Shown piece after piece: positions 10,111 through 18,824 of a stretch of 32,000 nucleotides of DNA (its first letter is position 1; every line of letters begins with the position of its first letter). Below the pieces are notes generated by a model. The model did no database searches. It saw only the letters and a list, made by a program, of their open reading frames with translations, and had not been told where the DNA came from. The DNA is from Zymomonas mobilis subsp. mobilis ATCC 10988 (GTDB lineage: Bacteria; Pseudomonadota; Alphaproteobacteria; Sphingomonadales; Sphingomonadaceae): contig NC_017262.1 of NCBI RefSeq assembly GCF_000175255.2, forward strand, positions 1,200,001-1,232,000, read 5' to 3'. The translations under genes were made by a program, and so were the position numbers.

Positions 10111-10770
10111 ATGCCTATACTTGCAAAACGTGTTCTTTTTATTGATGCTGAAGCCATGATTATCGACAAACCTGCCGGTTTGCCGGTGACTTCGGTTCGT
10201 GATGGTTCTCTCAGCCTTGAGAATTATCTGGCTTCATTATGCTTCGGCTTCAAACGTTGGCCAAGTATTGTCCATCGTTTGGATCGCGATACGTCAGGAT
10301 GCTTATTGCTGGCGCGTAATCCTAAAATGCACCGTCGTTTAAGCGAAGCCTTTAGCCAAGGTCAGGTGAAAAAATGCTATTGGGCCATTCTAGAAGGCGT
10401 GCCGGAGAAAAATGAAGGCATTATAGACTTGCCTTTGTTGAAGATATCTTCGCCTAAAAGTGGCTGGCGGATCGTCGCAGATGATAAAGGCAAAAGAGCC
10501 GTTACTCATTGGGAAATCTTGGCCAAAAATAAAGGGCGCAGCTTGGTAGCCTTTCGTCCTGAAACCGGAAGGACTCATCAGTTAAGAGTGCATGCCGCAA
10601 CAGGGTTAGGCTTACCTATTGTCGGTGACCCTTTTTATGGCAGTCATAAAGACGAAAATATTTCGCGAATGATGCTTCATGCGCATTCTTTGGAAATTGC
10701 CCGTCTGGAGAAAAAGCCAATTGCCGCCGAAGCCCCTTTACCCAAGGCATTTACAGATTTAGGGTTTTAG
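10111..10770 (+). CDS. RluA-family RNA pseudouridine synthase
   Basis: IVHRLDRDTSGCLLLARN catalytic motif and RPETGRTHQLRVHAA motif. Confidence 0.94.
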   Translation: MPILAKRVLFIDAEAMIIDKPAGLPVTSVRDGSLSLENYLASLCFGFKRWPSIVHRLDRDTSGCLLLARNPKMHRRLSEAFSQGQVKKCYWAILEGVPEKNEGIIDLPLLKISSPKSGWRIVADDKGKRAVTHWEILAKNKGRSLVAFRPETGRTHQLRVHAATGLGLPIVGDPFYGSHKDENISRMMLHAHSLEIARLEKKPIAAEAPLPKAFTDLGF

Positions 10771-10787
10771 TTGCTGCCACATCGGAA

Positions 10788-10803
10788 GGCAAATTTCTTT
10801 GCC
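10788..10803. other. Small inverted repeat after the pseudouridine synthase gene
   Basis: GGCAAA-TTTC-TTTGCC, 18 nt past the stop; no convincing T tract. Confidence 0.4.
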
Positions 10804-11019
10804 CTTATCATTCTAATATATCACCAGCATAGCGGCAATATGGTCATAATCCGACCATGGCTTGTGCCATCATTTACCTCGATCAGTTAATCGAGCATGG
10901 CCTGTGTGTCCTGATAGAAAGAGACCGTAAAAAATTTGACGATTATTGGGCGCTGGCTTTTATTGGATTTTACCCGTTTTTTAGAATATTTGCTCTATAA
11001 AATTGCATTTGAACCATTT

Positions 11020-11439
11020 CTAAAACTCAGGTCGGCGGCGTGCCGATTTGACCATAGAACGCTTACTTTTGCCATCTAAACGTCGTTGCTTACTGGCATA
11101 TGTGGCTTTGGTCGGTTTCCGTTTTTTAGGAATAAAAGTAGCTGAACGGATTAGCTCGACAAGGCGTTCAAAAGCATCCTGCCGATTTAAAGGCTGGTCC
11201 CTAAAACGTTGCGCTTGAATAACAAGAATACCTTTGTTGTTAATTCTTGATGCCGCTATTTCCTGTAAGCGATTGATGACAAGTTCGGGTAAGCCAGAAA
11301 TCGCCATATCAAAACGCAATTCTACAGCTGAAGAAACTTTATTCACATTTTGGCCACCGGGGCCTGATGCTCTTATAAAATATTCTTCTATAGAATCTGA
11401 ATCGATACTTACTCTTTGAGTAATAAAATACTTAGACAT
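11020..11439 (-). CDS. arfB: Alternative ribosome-rescue factor / peptidyl-tRNA hydrolase ArfB (YaeJ)
   Basis: FIRASGPGGQNVNKVSSAVELRFD (GGQ motif), short length and basic C-terminal tail KKRKPTKATYASKQRRLDGKSKRSMVKSARRRPEF. Confidence 0.93.
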   Translation of the reverse strand: MSKYFITQRVSIDSDSIEEYFIRASGPGGQNVNKVSSAVELRFDMAISGLPELVINRLQEIAASRINNKGILVIQAQRFRDQPLNRQDAFERLVELIRSATFIPKKRKPTKATYASKQRRLDGKSKRSMVKSARRRPEF

Positions 11440-11552
11440 TGAACATAAATTCTAAAAAGATGGGATTTTTCTTTCTTATTGCGTAGATATTTTTTTCTGG
11501 GAGGGTATCTGTGGATTGAGGGATAGAAAAAATCCCGTTACTCTACTTTCCC

Positions 11553-12038
11553 ATGTTTTCTTTCTCGATCAATACCGGCAGCAAAAAAACGCTGTATAGC
11601 GATTTGTTGACTACCCTTAAAGAGTTACTTTCCGAGGAGGGTGACCCGATCGCTAATATGGCCAACACGGCTGCTTTGATATGGACATATATGCCTGATT
11701 TAAACTGGGTCGGTTTTTATCGGGCTATCCGAAGCTATCTGATTTTGGGGCCTTTCCAAGGAAAAGTTGCCTGCGTCAAGATACCTTATGGTCGGGGTGT
11801 CTGTGGCACGGCCGCCGCAACTGGACGGATACAATGCGTGCGGGATGTCCACACATATCCCAATCATATTTCCTGCGATCCTAGTGCCGCATCTGAATTG
11901 GTTATTCCTATAAGAGGACGTCAGAACCAGATTTTAGCGGTTATTGATCTTGAAAGCCCGACGATGGGGCGTTTCGATGCTGAAGATGTTGAGGGTTGCT
12001 CTCGCCTGATGGAAGTTTTGGGGCGTTTTCTTGGGTAA
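11553..12038 (+). CDS. GAF-domain protein, free methionine-(R)-sulfoxide reductase-like
   Basis: NWVGFYR..., GPFQGKVACVKIPYGRGVCGTAAATG, VHTYPNHISCDPSAASELVIPI; conserved Cys pattern of the fRMsr family. Confidence 0.88.
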   Translation: MFSFSINTGSKKTLYSDLLTTLKELLSEEGDPIANMANTAALIWTYMPDLNWVGFYRAIRSYLILGPFQGKVACVKIPYGRGVCGTAAATGRIQCVRDVHTYPNHISCDPSAASELVIPIRGRQNQILAVIDLESPTMGRFDAEDVEGCSRLMEVLGRFLG

Positions 12039-12061
12039 AATACTGGCTGTGGAGAATGTGA

Positions 12062-12493
12062 ATGGCAGATATTGCTTATTCGATAAAAGAGATATCCCTT
12101 GCTGACTGCTTACCTATTCGTCAGGCCTATCTTTGGCCAAGCCTGACACAAGAAGAATGTGTTACCGATGGGGATAAAAATGCCACGCATTTTGGCGTTT
12201 TTGTCGGGGATAAATTGTCTGGTTGTGCTTCTTTCCATCATCTGGAAGGGCATAAAAAACGGATCCGGCGTGTGGCTGTTTCGCCTGAATATCGAGGGCA
12301 AGGCTTAGGGAGTGCGCTTTTAAAACATGCAATGGAAAAATTGGTTACACCTGATTTGACCGAAATATGGTTGAATGCCAGATTGCCTGCACAAAATTTC
12401 TATCGCCGCCTTGGTTTTGAAACAATGGGTGAGACTTTCTTTGAAAGAGATGTCCAAGAAATAAGAATGGTGAAAAAATATCCGATTGAATAA
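12062..12493 (+). CDS. GNAT-family N-acetyltransferase
   Basis: IRRVAVSPEYRGQGLGSALLKHAMEK acetyl-CoA binding motif and FYRRLGFETMGETFFE C-terminal motif. Confidence 0.9.
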   Translation: MADIAYSIKEISLADCLPIRQAYLWPSLTQEECVTDGDKNATHFGVFVGDKLSGCASFHHLEGHKKRIRRVAVSPEYRGQGLGSALLKHAMEKLVTPDLTEIWLNARLPAQNFYRRLGFETMGETFFERDVQEIRMVKKYPIE

Positions 12494-12577
12494 TCAAAAA
12501 TTCTGAAATTATTTTCTGATTTTAGCGGTTACGGCTTCTTCTGTTTGCTCTATAAAGAGATAAAAACAGGTTGTGTT

Positions 12578-13297
12578 ATGAAAATCCCTTTACCTATAAA
12601 ACGCTCTATCTGGACTGCTTTGATCGTAGGGGGATTTACTTGCCCTTTATATGCCCAAGCCGGTTATTCCGGCGATTTTTCTAGTGATCCTGTTGTCAGA
12701 TCAGTAGAAAGAGGCTCCCCCTATGTAATTCCACCTCCCAACAGCGATCCCCAAAGATCGGGTGTTTACCAAGATGGTAACGGAAATGGCGGGCGTGGAT
12801 ATGCTAATCCCGCCGGACAGCGACATTTCCGTCAAGGGGATAGATTACCTTCCGAATGGCGCTCCTATGGTCAGAGACTACCTGACTGGGCTTATTATGG
12901 ATTACCGGCTCCAGGAAATAATCAACAATGGGTGCGCTTTTATCAGGATATTTTTTTGATTGATGGTGTCGGAACCATTCTAGCCATAGCAGGTCAAAAT
13001 AATGGGCCAGCGGCTTATTATGACGGCTATTATGGGAATAATGGCTATGTGGGCGGGAATTATTACGCGCCCCCTGTCGGTTATGATGACTATTACAATT
13101 ATGGCGGTGCTTATCAGCCTGCACCACCGCCGCCTCCGCCACCCCCCTCGGCTTCGATCCGAAAACGCCAATATAAACAGCCCGAAGGCGCTGCGGTTTC
13201 TCCTGTAACCGAAGATGACGCCAATGGTTGGCGTTCTGATCCACCGCGACAAGGCGGCGTAAGTTATGATGAACGGGAAGAATATACGCCACGCTAA
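12578..13297 (+). CDS. Secreted RcnB-like protein with Gly/Asn/Tyr-rich tract and polyproline run
   Basis: Signal peptide-like N-terminus (MKIPLPIKRSIWTALIVGGFTCPLYAQA). FRQGDRLPSEWRSYG...DWAYYGLPAPGNNQQWVRFYQDIFLIDGVGTI matches RcnB domain architecture. Start shifted from 12545 to ATG 12578. Confidence 0.75.
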   Translation: MKIPLPIKRSIWTALIVGGFTCPLYAQAGYSGDFSSDPVVRSVERGSPYVIPPPNSDPQRSGVYQDGNGNGGRGYANPAGQRHFRQGDRLPSEWRSYGQRLPDWAYYGLPAPGNNQQWVRFYQDIFLIDGVGTILAIAGQNNGPAAYYDGYYGNNGYVGGNYYAPPVGYDDYYNYGGAYQPAPPPPPPPPSASIRKRQYKQPEGAAVSPVTEDDANGWRSDPPRQGGVSYDEREEYTPR

Positions 13298-13576
13298 AAC
13301 AGGATTCCGAGGCTGGTTATTCTGATAATATTTTAAAAATTTTGGAGTGGTTATAGACTTTCTGTAGACAATAATTTTCATTACTTCGATTGTGGATCGA
13401 TAAAATTGGGGGCTGTTTCTTGCTCCCCACTTGTTTTATATCGAAAGAAAAATATCTTTTGGCTAGAATGTTTTAGAGAAATTCCAAGGTATTCTAGGGC
13501 TATTTTTTAAGTCAGTTAATTTAAAGGCTTCCTGCCTCTGGCAAACAGCCGTGAATAGAAAAAGGACCATGTCCGG

Positions 13577-14899
13577 ATGTCGATTGAAGTCAAAATGCCA
13601 GCGCTTTCGCCTACAATGACAGAAGGCACCCTTGCGAAATGGCTGGTGAAAGAAGGGGATGCCGTTAAGGCGGGCGATATTCTGGCCGAAATCGAAACCG
13701 ATAAAGCGATTATGGAATTTGAAACGGTTGATGCAGGGATCATCGCTAAAATTCTAGTGCCGGAAGGTAGTGAAAATATTGCTGTAGGTCAGGTGATTGC
13801 TGTCATGGCCGAAGCGGGCGAAGATGTTTCTCAAGTCGCCGCTTCTGCTTCATCACAGATATCAGAACCTTCTGAAAAAGCAGATGTCGCACAGAAAGAG
13901 ACGGCAGATAGCGAAACGATATCCATCGATGCCTCTCTCGATAAGGCAATCAGCAACGCAGGTTACGGCAACAAAACAGAGAATATGACGGCTTCCTATC
14001 AAGAAAAAGCAGGGCGGATAAAAGCCAGTCCTTTGGCCAAGCGTTTGGCTAAGAAAAACCATGTTGACCTGAAACAGGTAAACGGTAGTGGCCCCCATGG
14101 GCGGATTATCAAAGCTGATATTGAAGCCTTCGTTGCTGAGGCTAATCAAGCCTCTTCTAATCCGTCAGTCTCTACGCCGGAAGCCTCCGGTAAAATAACG
14201 CATGATACGCCCCATAATAGCATCAAGCTTAGCAATATGCGGCGCGTTATTGCTCGTCGTCTGACTGAATCCAAACAAAATATTCCTCACATCTACTTGA
14301 CGGTTGATGTCCAGATGGATGCTCTTTTGAAGCTCCGCTCTGAGCTCAATGAATCCTTAGCTGTTCAGAATATTAAAATCTCAGTCAATGACATGCTGAT
14401 TAAAGCACAGGCCTTAGCCTTAAAAGCAACGCCTAACGTCAATGTTGCTTTTGATGGCGATCAGATGCTGCAATTCTCACAGGCCGATATCTCTGTCGCT
14501 GTCTCTGTTGAAGGTGGGCTGATTACGCCTATCTTGAAACAAGCTGATACCAAAAGCTTGTCTGCGCTTTCTGTCGAAATGAAAGAGCTTATTGCTCGCG
14601 CAAGGGAAGGGCGCTTGCAACCTCAGGAATATCAAGGCGGAACGTCCAGTATTTCTAATATGGGGATGTTTGGTATCAAGCAGTTTAATGCTGTCATCAA
14701 CCCGCCACAGGCTTCTATCTTGGCGATTGGAAGCGGTGAAAGACGGCCTTGGGTGATTGATGATGCGATCACCATTGCTACCGTTGCAACTATCACCGGT
14801 AGTTTTGATCATCGTGTTATTGATGGTGCCGATGCGGCTGCCTTTATGTCAGCCTTCAAGCATTTGGTTGAAAAACCATTAGGGATTTTAGCACAATGA
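13577..14899 (+). CDS. pdhC: Dihydrolipoyllysine-residue acetyltransferase, pyruvate dehydrogenase E2
   Basis: Lipoyl domain IETDKAIMEFE, subunit-binding domain ASPLAKRLAKKNHVDL..GSGPHGRIIKADIE, catalytic domain ending GSFDHRVIDGADAAAF. Confidence 0.95.
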   Translation: MSIEVKMPALSPTMTEGTLAKWLVKEGDAVKAGDILAEIETDKAIMEFETVDAGIIAKILVPEGSENIAVGQVIAVMAEAGEDVSQVAASASSQISEPSEKADVAQKETADSETISIDASLDKAISNAGYGNKTENMTASYQEKAGRIKASPLAKRLAKKNHVDLKQVNGSGPHGRIIKADIEAFVAEANQASSNPSVSTPEASGKITHDTPHNSIKLSNMRRVIARRLTESKQNIPHIYLTVDVQMDALLKLRSELNESLAVQNIKISVNDMLIKAQALALKATPNVNVAFDGDQMLQFSQADISVAVSVEGGLITPILKQADTKSLSALSVEMKELIARAREGRLQPQEYQGGTSSISNMGMFGIKQFNAVINPPQASILAIGSGERRPWVIDDAITIATVATITGSFDHRVIDGADAAAFMSAFKHLVEKPLGILAQ

Positions 14900-15345
14900 G
14901 TAATCAGGTCACGAAATCGGATAATTCAGAACCCTTAGCTCCCGCCGGAGAACCCGCCATTCGCGTTATTGCTATGCCAGCAAATACGAATGCCGATGGC
15001 CGGATGTTTGGTGGTTGGCTCATGGGTATGTTGGATCAAGCCGCCGGTTTGGTTGCTGCTCGCCATGCTTTGGCTCGGGTTGTAACCGTCGCTGCCGATT
15101 CTATCACTTTTCATGCGCCGGTTCAGGTCGGCGATGAATTGTCGCTTTATGCTCGATTGGTAAAAGTTGGCCGGACTTCAATGAAAATTGAAGTCGAAGG
15201 TTGGCGGCGTGTCCGGCATGAGCTGGAAACCATAAAAGCTATTTCTGGCTTGTTTACTTTTGTTGCCATTGATGAAGATCGTCGCCCTTGTCAGGTGCCG
15301 CCGATGAATGGAACGCGGTTGTTATCCGATAAAGCTGATAAATAG
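14896..15345 (+). CDS. Acyl-CoA thioesterase, hotdog fold (YciA-like)
   Basis: PANTNADGRMFGGWLMGMLDQAAGLVAARHA...ITFHAPVQVGDELSLYARLVKVGRTSMKIEVE; start overlaps the pdhC stop (ATGA). Confidence 0.9.
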   Translation: MSNQVTKSDNSEPLAPAGEPAIRVIAMPANTNADGRMFGGWLMGMLDQAAGLVAARHALARVVTVAADSITFHAPVQVGDELSLYARLVKVGRTSMKIEVEGWRRVRHELETIKAISGLFTFVAIDEDRRPCQVPPMNGTRLLSDKADK

Positions 15346-15390
15346 CCTCCGAAGAACAGCGGCAATTACAAAGGAAAGAGAACTTAACTC

Positions 15391-16791
15391 ATGGCTGATC
15401 ATTTTGATCTGATTGTTTTGGGCGGGGGTCCAGGAGGATATGTTGCGGCTATTCGGGCGGCTCAGTTAAACCTGAAAGTCGCTTTGGTTGAACGCGTCCA
15501 TCTAGGTGGTATTTGCTTGAATTGGGGCTGTATCCCGACCAAATCGCTTTTGCGCTCTGCTGAAGTCTATCATGAGATGCAAAATGCCGAAGCCTATGGT
15601 CTAACCTCTTTCAAACCTGACTTTGATCTAGATAAAATTATTGCACGTTCGCGCGAAGTAGCCACCCGTCTAGCCTCCGGCGTTAAAACATTATTACGCA
15701 AAAATAAGGTTGAAGTCATTAGCGGCGTCGGTCAACTGACGGGTAATCAGCAAATGCTGGTAGAAACGACCGAAGGTGAAGAAAAAATCCTTGAAGCCAA
15801 GGATATTATCATCGCAACCGGAGCAAGGGCTAGACAGCTTCCCAATGTTCATTCTGATGGCAAGCATATATGGACTTACCATCATGCTTTAAAACCACCT
15901 GCCATGCCAAAAAAATTGCTGGTAATCGGGTCGGGGGCTATCGGTATCGAATTCGCCAGCTTCTATGCTGATTTTGGGGCTGAAGTGAGCATCGTTGAAC
16001 ATGCGCCCCAAATTCTGCCGATGGAAGATGCCGAGGTGAGCGCTTATGTCGCTAAAGCCTTTAAAAAGCGCGGTATCCGTATTCTGACACAGTCGGCTTT
16101 ACAGAATTTGACGCCAGATGATGAAGGCGTAACGGCTGAAATCGCCGGAGCTGATGGCAAGGTTACGAAAGAACGTTTTTCTCATGCTATTGTCGCCATC
16201 GGTGTGGTGGCCAATGTTGAAAATATCGGTCTTGATAAACTCGGAATTAAACTTGATCGCGGTTTTATCGCCGTCGATGGCTTTGGTCGTACCAATGTTG
16301 ATCATGTCTGGGCAATCGGAGATGTCGCTGGAGCACCTTGCCTCGCACATAAAGCTAGCCATCAAGGGGTTATTGCGGCCGAGGCCATCGCAGGCTGTGA
16401 CCATGTCCATCCTTTAAATACCCAAAATATTCCGGGATGCACCTATGCAAGGCCACAAGTTGCCAGTGTGGGTCTCACTGAAGAAAAAGCGCGGCAACAG
16501 GGCTATAATGTCAAAATAGGCAATTTCCCCTTTATCGCTAACGGGAAAGCTATTGCTCAAGGGGCAACTGATGGCTTTGTTAAAACCGTTTTTGATGCCG
16601 ACAGTGGTGCGCTTTTAGGCGCGCATATGGTTGGGGCTGAAGTAACTGAAATGATTCAGGGCTATACCGTCGCCAGAACGCTGGAAACCACTGAAGCGGA
16701 AATTATGGAAACGATCTTTCCTCATCCGACTCTTTCGGAAGCCATGCATGAAAGTGTGCTAGCTGCCTACGGGCGCGCACTGCATTTTTAA
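15391..16791 (+). CDS. lpd: Dihydrolipoyl dehydrogenase (E3)
   Basis: FAD motif DLIVLGGGPGGYVAAIRAAQL; redox-active disulfide GGICLNWGCIPTKSLL; C-terminal HPTLSEAMHE. Confidence 0.96.
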   Translation: MADHFDLIVLGGGPGGYVAAIRAAQLNLKVALVERVHLGGICLNWGCIPTKSLLRSAEVYHEMQNAEAYGLTSFKPDFDLDKIIARSREVATRLASGVKTLLRKNKVEVISGVGQLTGNQQMLVETTEGEEKILEAKDIIIATGARARQLPNVHSDGKHIWTYHHALKPPAMPKKLLVIGSGAIGIEFASFYADFGAEVSIVEHAPQILPMEDAEVSAYVAKAFKKRGIRILTQSALQNLTPDDEGVTAEIAGADGKVTKERFSHAIVAIGVVANVENIGLDKLGIKLDRGFIAVDGFGRTNVDHVWAIGDVAGAPCLAHKASHQGVIAAEAIAGCDHVHPLNTQNIPGCTYARPQVASVGLTEEKARQQGYNVKIGNFPFIANGKAIAQGATDGFVKTVFDADSGALLGAHMVGAEVTEMIQGYTVARTLETTEAEIMETIFPHPTLSEAMHESVLAAYGRALHF

Positions 16792-16802
16792 GGGGAGGGG
16801 CG

Positions 16803-17510
16803 TTGCCTTTTTTTCTGAGTGGCTGGCGTTGGGTTGCCATTGTCTTTTTTTGTATCATCGCCTTTCTGATCGGTTTTCTGACTGCCTGTGAGGCGCCTGG
16901 TGCTTTCGACCTTACCCTACTGCATTTAATCGGTGGCTTTGCCTCTCGCCATCATTGGGTGGCCTGTATCGCCCGTATTGGTAGCTTTGCCGGTAATGTT
17001 TCTGTCCGTGTTAGCTGTATTCTTGTCGCGGTTATAACAATGGTAGCCCTTAAGGATAAATTAGGGGCTATTTTTGCTATCTTGGCGCCTTTGGGGGGAT
17101 GGGCTTTTTTTTCGCTCTTGAAATTGGTTATTAACCGCCCCAGACCCTTGATCTTTTTTCATCTGGATCATGTTGATGGCGCTAGTTTTCCAAGTGGTCA
17201 CAGCACCAATGCCATGATCGTCTATCCGATGCTTGCTTTGTTAATTAGACGCCATGGTGGCCGCCTCGGTTGGCTTTATGCGTCTATTGTCTTGGCGGTT
17301 TTTGTCGGTTTGTCCCGTGTCGCGCTGGCTGTCCATTGGCCTAGCGATGTTATGGCTGGATGGGTGGCTGGCAGCGCATGGCTTCTTGTCTGCTATGAAA
17401 TCTGCGAACAATGGGGGCTGCGCCATTCAGATCCGTTATCTGTCAAAATGAGAGATGAAGAGGACGAGGATGTAAATGCCCATTTAAAACATCATGAATC
17501 CATGTCTTGA
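16803..17510 (+). CDS. PAP2-family phosphatase
   Basis: KLVINRPRPLIF, PSGHSTNAM, SRVALAVHWPSDVMAGWVAG, the three PAP2 motifs. TTG start per track; start uncertain. Confidence 0.9.
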   Translation: MPFFLSGWRWVAIVFFCIIAFLIGFLTACEAPGAFDLTLLHLIGGFASRHHWVACIARIGSFAGNVSVRVSCILVAVITMVALKDKLGAIFAILAPLGGWAFFSLLKLVINRPRPLIFFHLDHVDGASFPSGHSTNAMIVYPMLALLIRRHGGRLGWLYASIVLAVFVGLSRVALAVHWPSDVMAGWVAGSAWLLVCYEICEQWGLRHSDPLSVKMRDEEDEDVNAHLKHHESMS

Positions 17511-17662
17511 TGGCAGGATAAGTGAAAGAAAATGGGTGTTCCTAAAATTGCCCTAGCATGACAGAATAAAATTCTTTATATCCTACCGTGGAAACACTGC
17601 ATGAAAGATCGATTCTGATCAATGTAAGGTTTCCATTTCGTAAAATGGCGTAATTTTGTTAG

Positions 17663-17679
17663 CGGAAAGATGCTTTCCG
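17663..17679. other. Perfect 7-bp inverted repeat just upstream of the putative rpsL promoter
   Basis: CGGAAAG-ATG-CTTTCCG, directly abutting the TTGACC hexamer. Confidence 0.6.
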
Positions 17680-17708
17680 TTGACCCTTGCCGTTATCGTC
17701 GCTATAGC
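17680..17708 (+). promoter_or_regulatory. Putative sigma70-type promoter of the rpsL (str) operon
   Basis: TTGACC (17680-17685), 17-nt spacer, TATAGC (17703-17708), about 200 nt ahead of rpsL. Confidence 0.55.
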
Positions 17709-17908
17709 GCCCGTCTACATCTCCTGTTGACGGTGAATCTTTGGCGTCAGACGGGTGCGCTTGAACATTGCCATATATGCGCGTCTTCCTTTTAAAGAAT
17801 TCACGCAGGCGAGCTTAGTCATTTTTGCTCGGTGCTATTTTCATAATTTAATTATGGTCAGGCGCATTTTGTATATTTGGTAAAGTAACTCTTGAGGTGA
17901 AGGGCTTC

Positions 17909-18280
17909 ATGCCGACGATCAATCAATTGGTCCGTAAGGGCCGTCAGTTACAGAAGGAACGCTCTAAAGTTCCTGCTATGGAGGCAAACCCGCAGAAGCG
18001 GGGTGTTTGCACCCGTGTTTATACCACGACCCCGAAAAAGCCGAACTCGGCTCTTCGTAAAGTGGCAAAAGTGCGTCTGACCAATCAGCGCGAAGTCATC
18101 AGTTACATCCCCGGTGAAGGTCATAACCTTCAGGAGCATTCGGTTGTGCTTATCCGTGGTGGTCGTGTTCGCGATCTTCCAGGTGTGCGTTACCATGTTC
18201 TGCGCGGCGTTCTCGATACCCAGGGTGTCAAAGATCGCAAGCAGAGCCGTTCCAAATATGGCGCCAAACGGCCCAAGTAA
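17909..18280 (+). CDS. rpsL: 30S ribosomal protein S12
   Basis: [13 protein letters not shown]...[27 protein letters not shown]...GAKRPK; the track start at 17897 is an upstream in-frame GTG overlapping the SD. Confidence 0.98.
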   Translation: MPTINQLVRKGRQLQKERSKVPAMEANPQKRGVCTRVYTTTPKKPNSALRKVAKVRLTNQREVISYIPGEGHNLQEHSVVLIRGGRVRDLPGVRYHVLRGVLDTQGVKDRKQSRSKYGAKRPK

Positions 18281-18295
18281 GAAGGTTGAACTGAT

Positions 18296-18766
18296 ATGGC
18301 ACGTCGTCGTCGCCCGGAAAAACGTGAAATTTTGCCAGATCCTAAATACGGGGATGTGGTTCTTTCGAAATTTATGAATTCTGTGATGCTTGACGGTAAA
18401 AAATCCGTTGCAGAACGTATTCTTTATTCGGCTCTGGATTCTATCGAAGCACGCGTAAAGCGCGTTCCCTTGGAAGTGTTCCATGAAGCCTTGGACAATG
18501 TAAAACCAGGGATCGAAGTCCGCAGCCGTCGTGTTGGTGGTGCTACTTATCAGGTTCCGGTTGAAGTCCGTCCTGACCGTGCACAGGCATTGGCTATCCG
18601 TTGGTTGATCGCTGCTTCCCGTGCTCGTTCGGAACACAGCATGTCCGCTCGCCTTTCTGGCGAATTGCTGGACGCTGCTAACAATCGCGGCAATGCTGTC
18701 AAGAAGCGTGAAGATACTCATCGCATGGCTGAAGCAAACCGTGCATTCTCGCATTATCGCTGGTAA
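18296..18766 (+). CDS. rpsG: 30S ribosomal protein S7
   Basis: [42 protein letters not shown]; canonical S7. Confidence 0.98.
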
Positions 18767-18780
18767 CGGCTTTACCCTAT

Positions 18781-18806
18781 ACCGGACAGCTTATACCCTG
18801 TCCGGT
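18781..18806 (+). promoter_or_regulatory. Stem-loop in rpsG-fusA spacer
   Basis: Perfect 9-bp arms ACCGGACAG / CTGTCCGGT with 8-nt loop, ending about 8 nt before the AAGGA of fusA. Confidence 0.7.
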
Positions 18807-18824
18807 CACGGAGACTAAGGATCT

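Noticed and set aside
10771-11019. Non-coding gap after the pseudouridine synthase, considered as a hidden small RNA or decayed gene (CTCGAT-CAGTTA-ATCGAG at 10878-10895)
   Set aside because: Only weak, short inverted repeats and no coherent reading frame or promoter; not enough to support a call.
13119-13149. CCG/CCA-rich repeat run considered as a mobile-element or CRISPR-like repeat
   Set aside because: It is the in-frame polyproline coding tract; there are no spacers and no flanking repeats.
12804-13292. 162-aa minus-strand and 133-aa minus-strand ORFs over the RcnB-like gene
   Set aside because: Arise from the low-complexity Gly/Tyr/Pro-coding DNA; the plus frame has a signal peptide and RcnB-like domain.
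17948-18754. 268-aa minus-strand ORF opposite rpsL and rpsG
   Set aside because: Lies entirely across two certain ribosomal protein genes; protein shows no family features; a compositional artefact.
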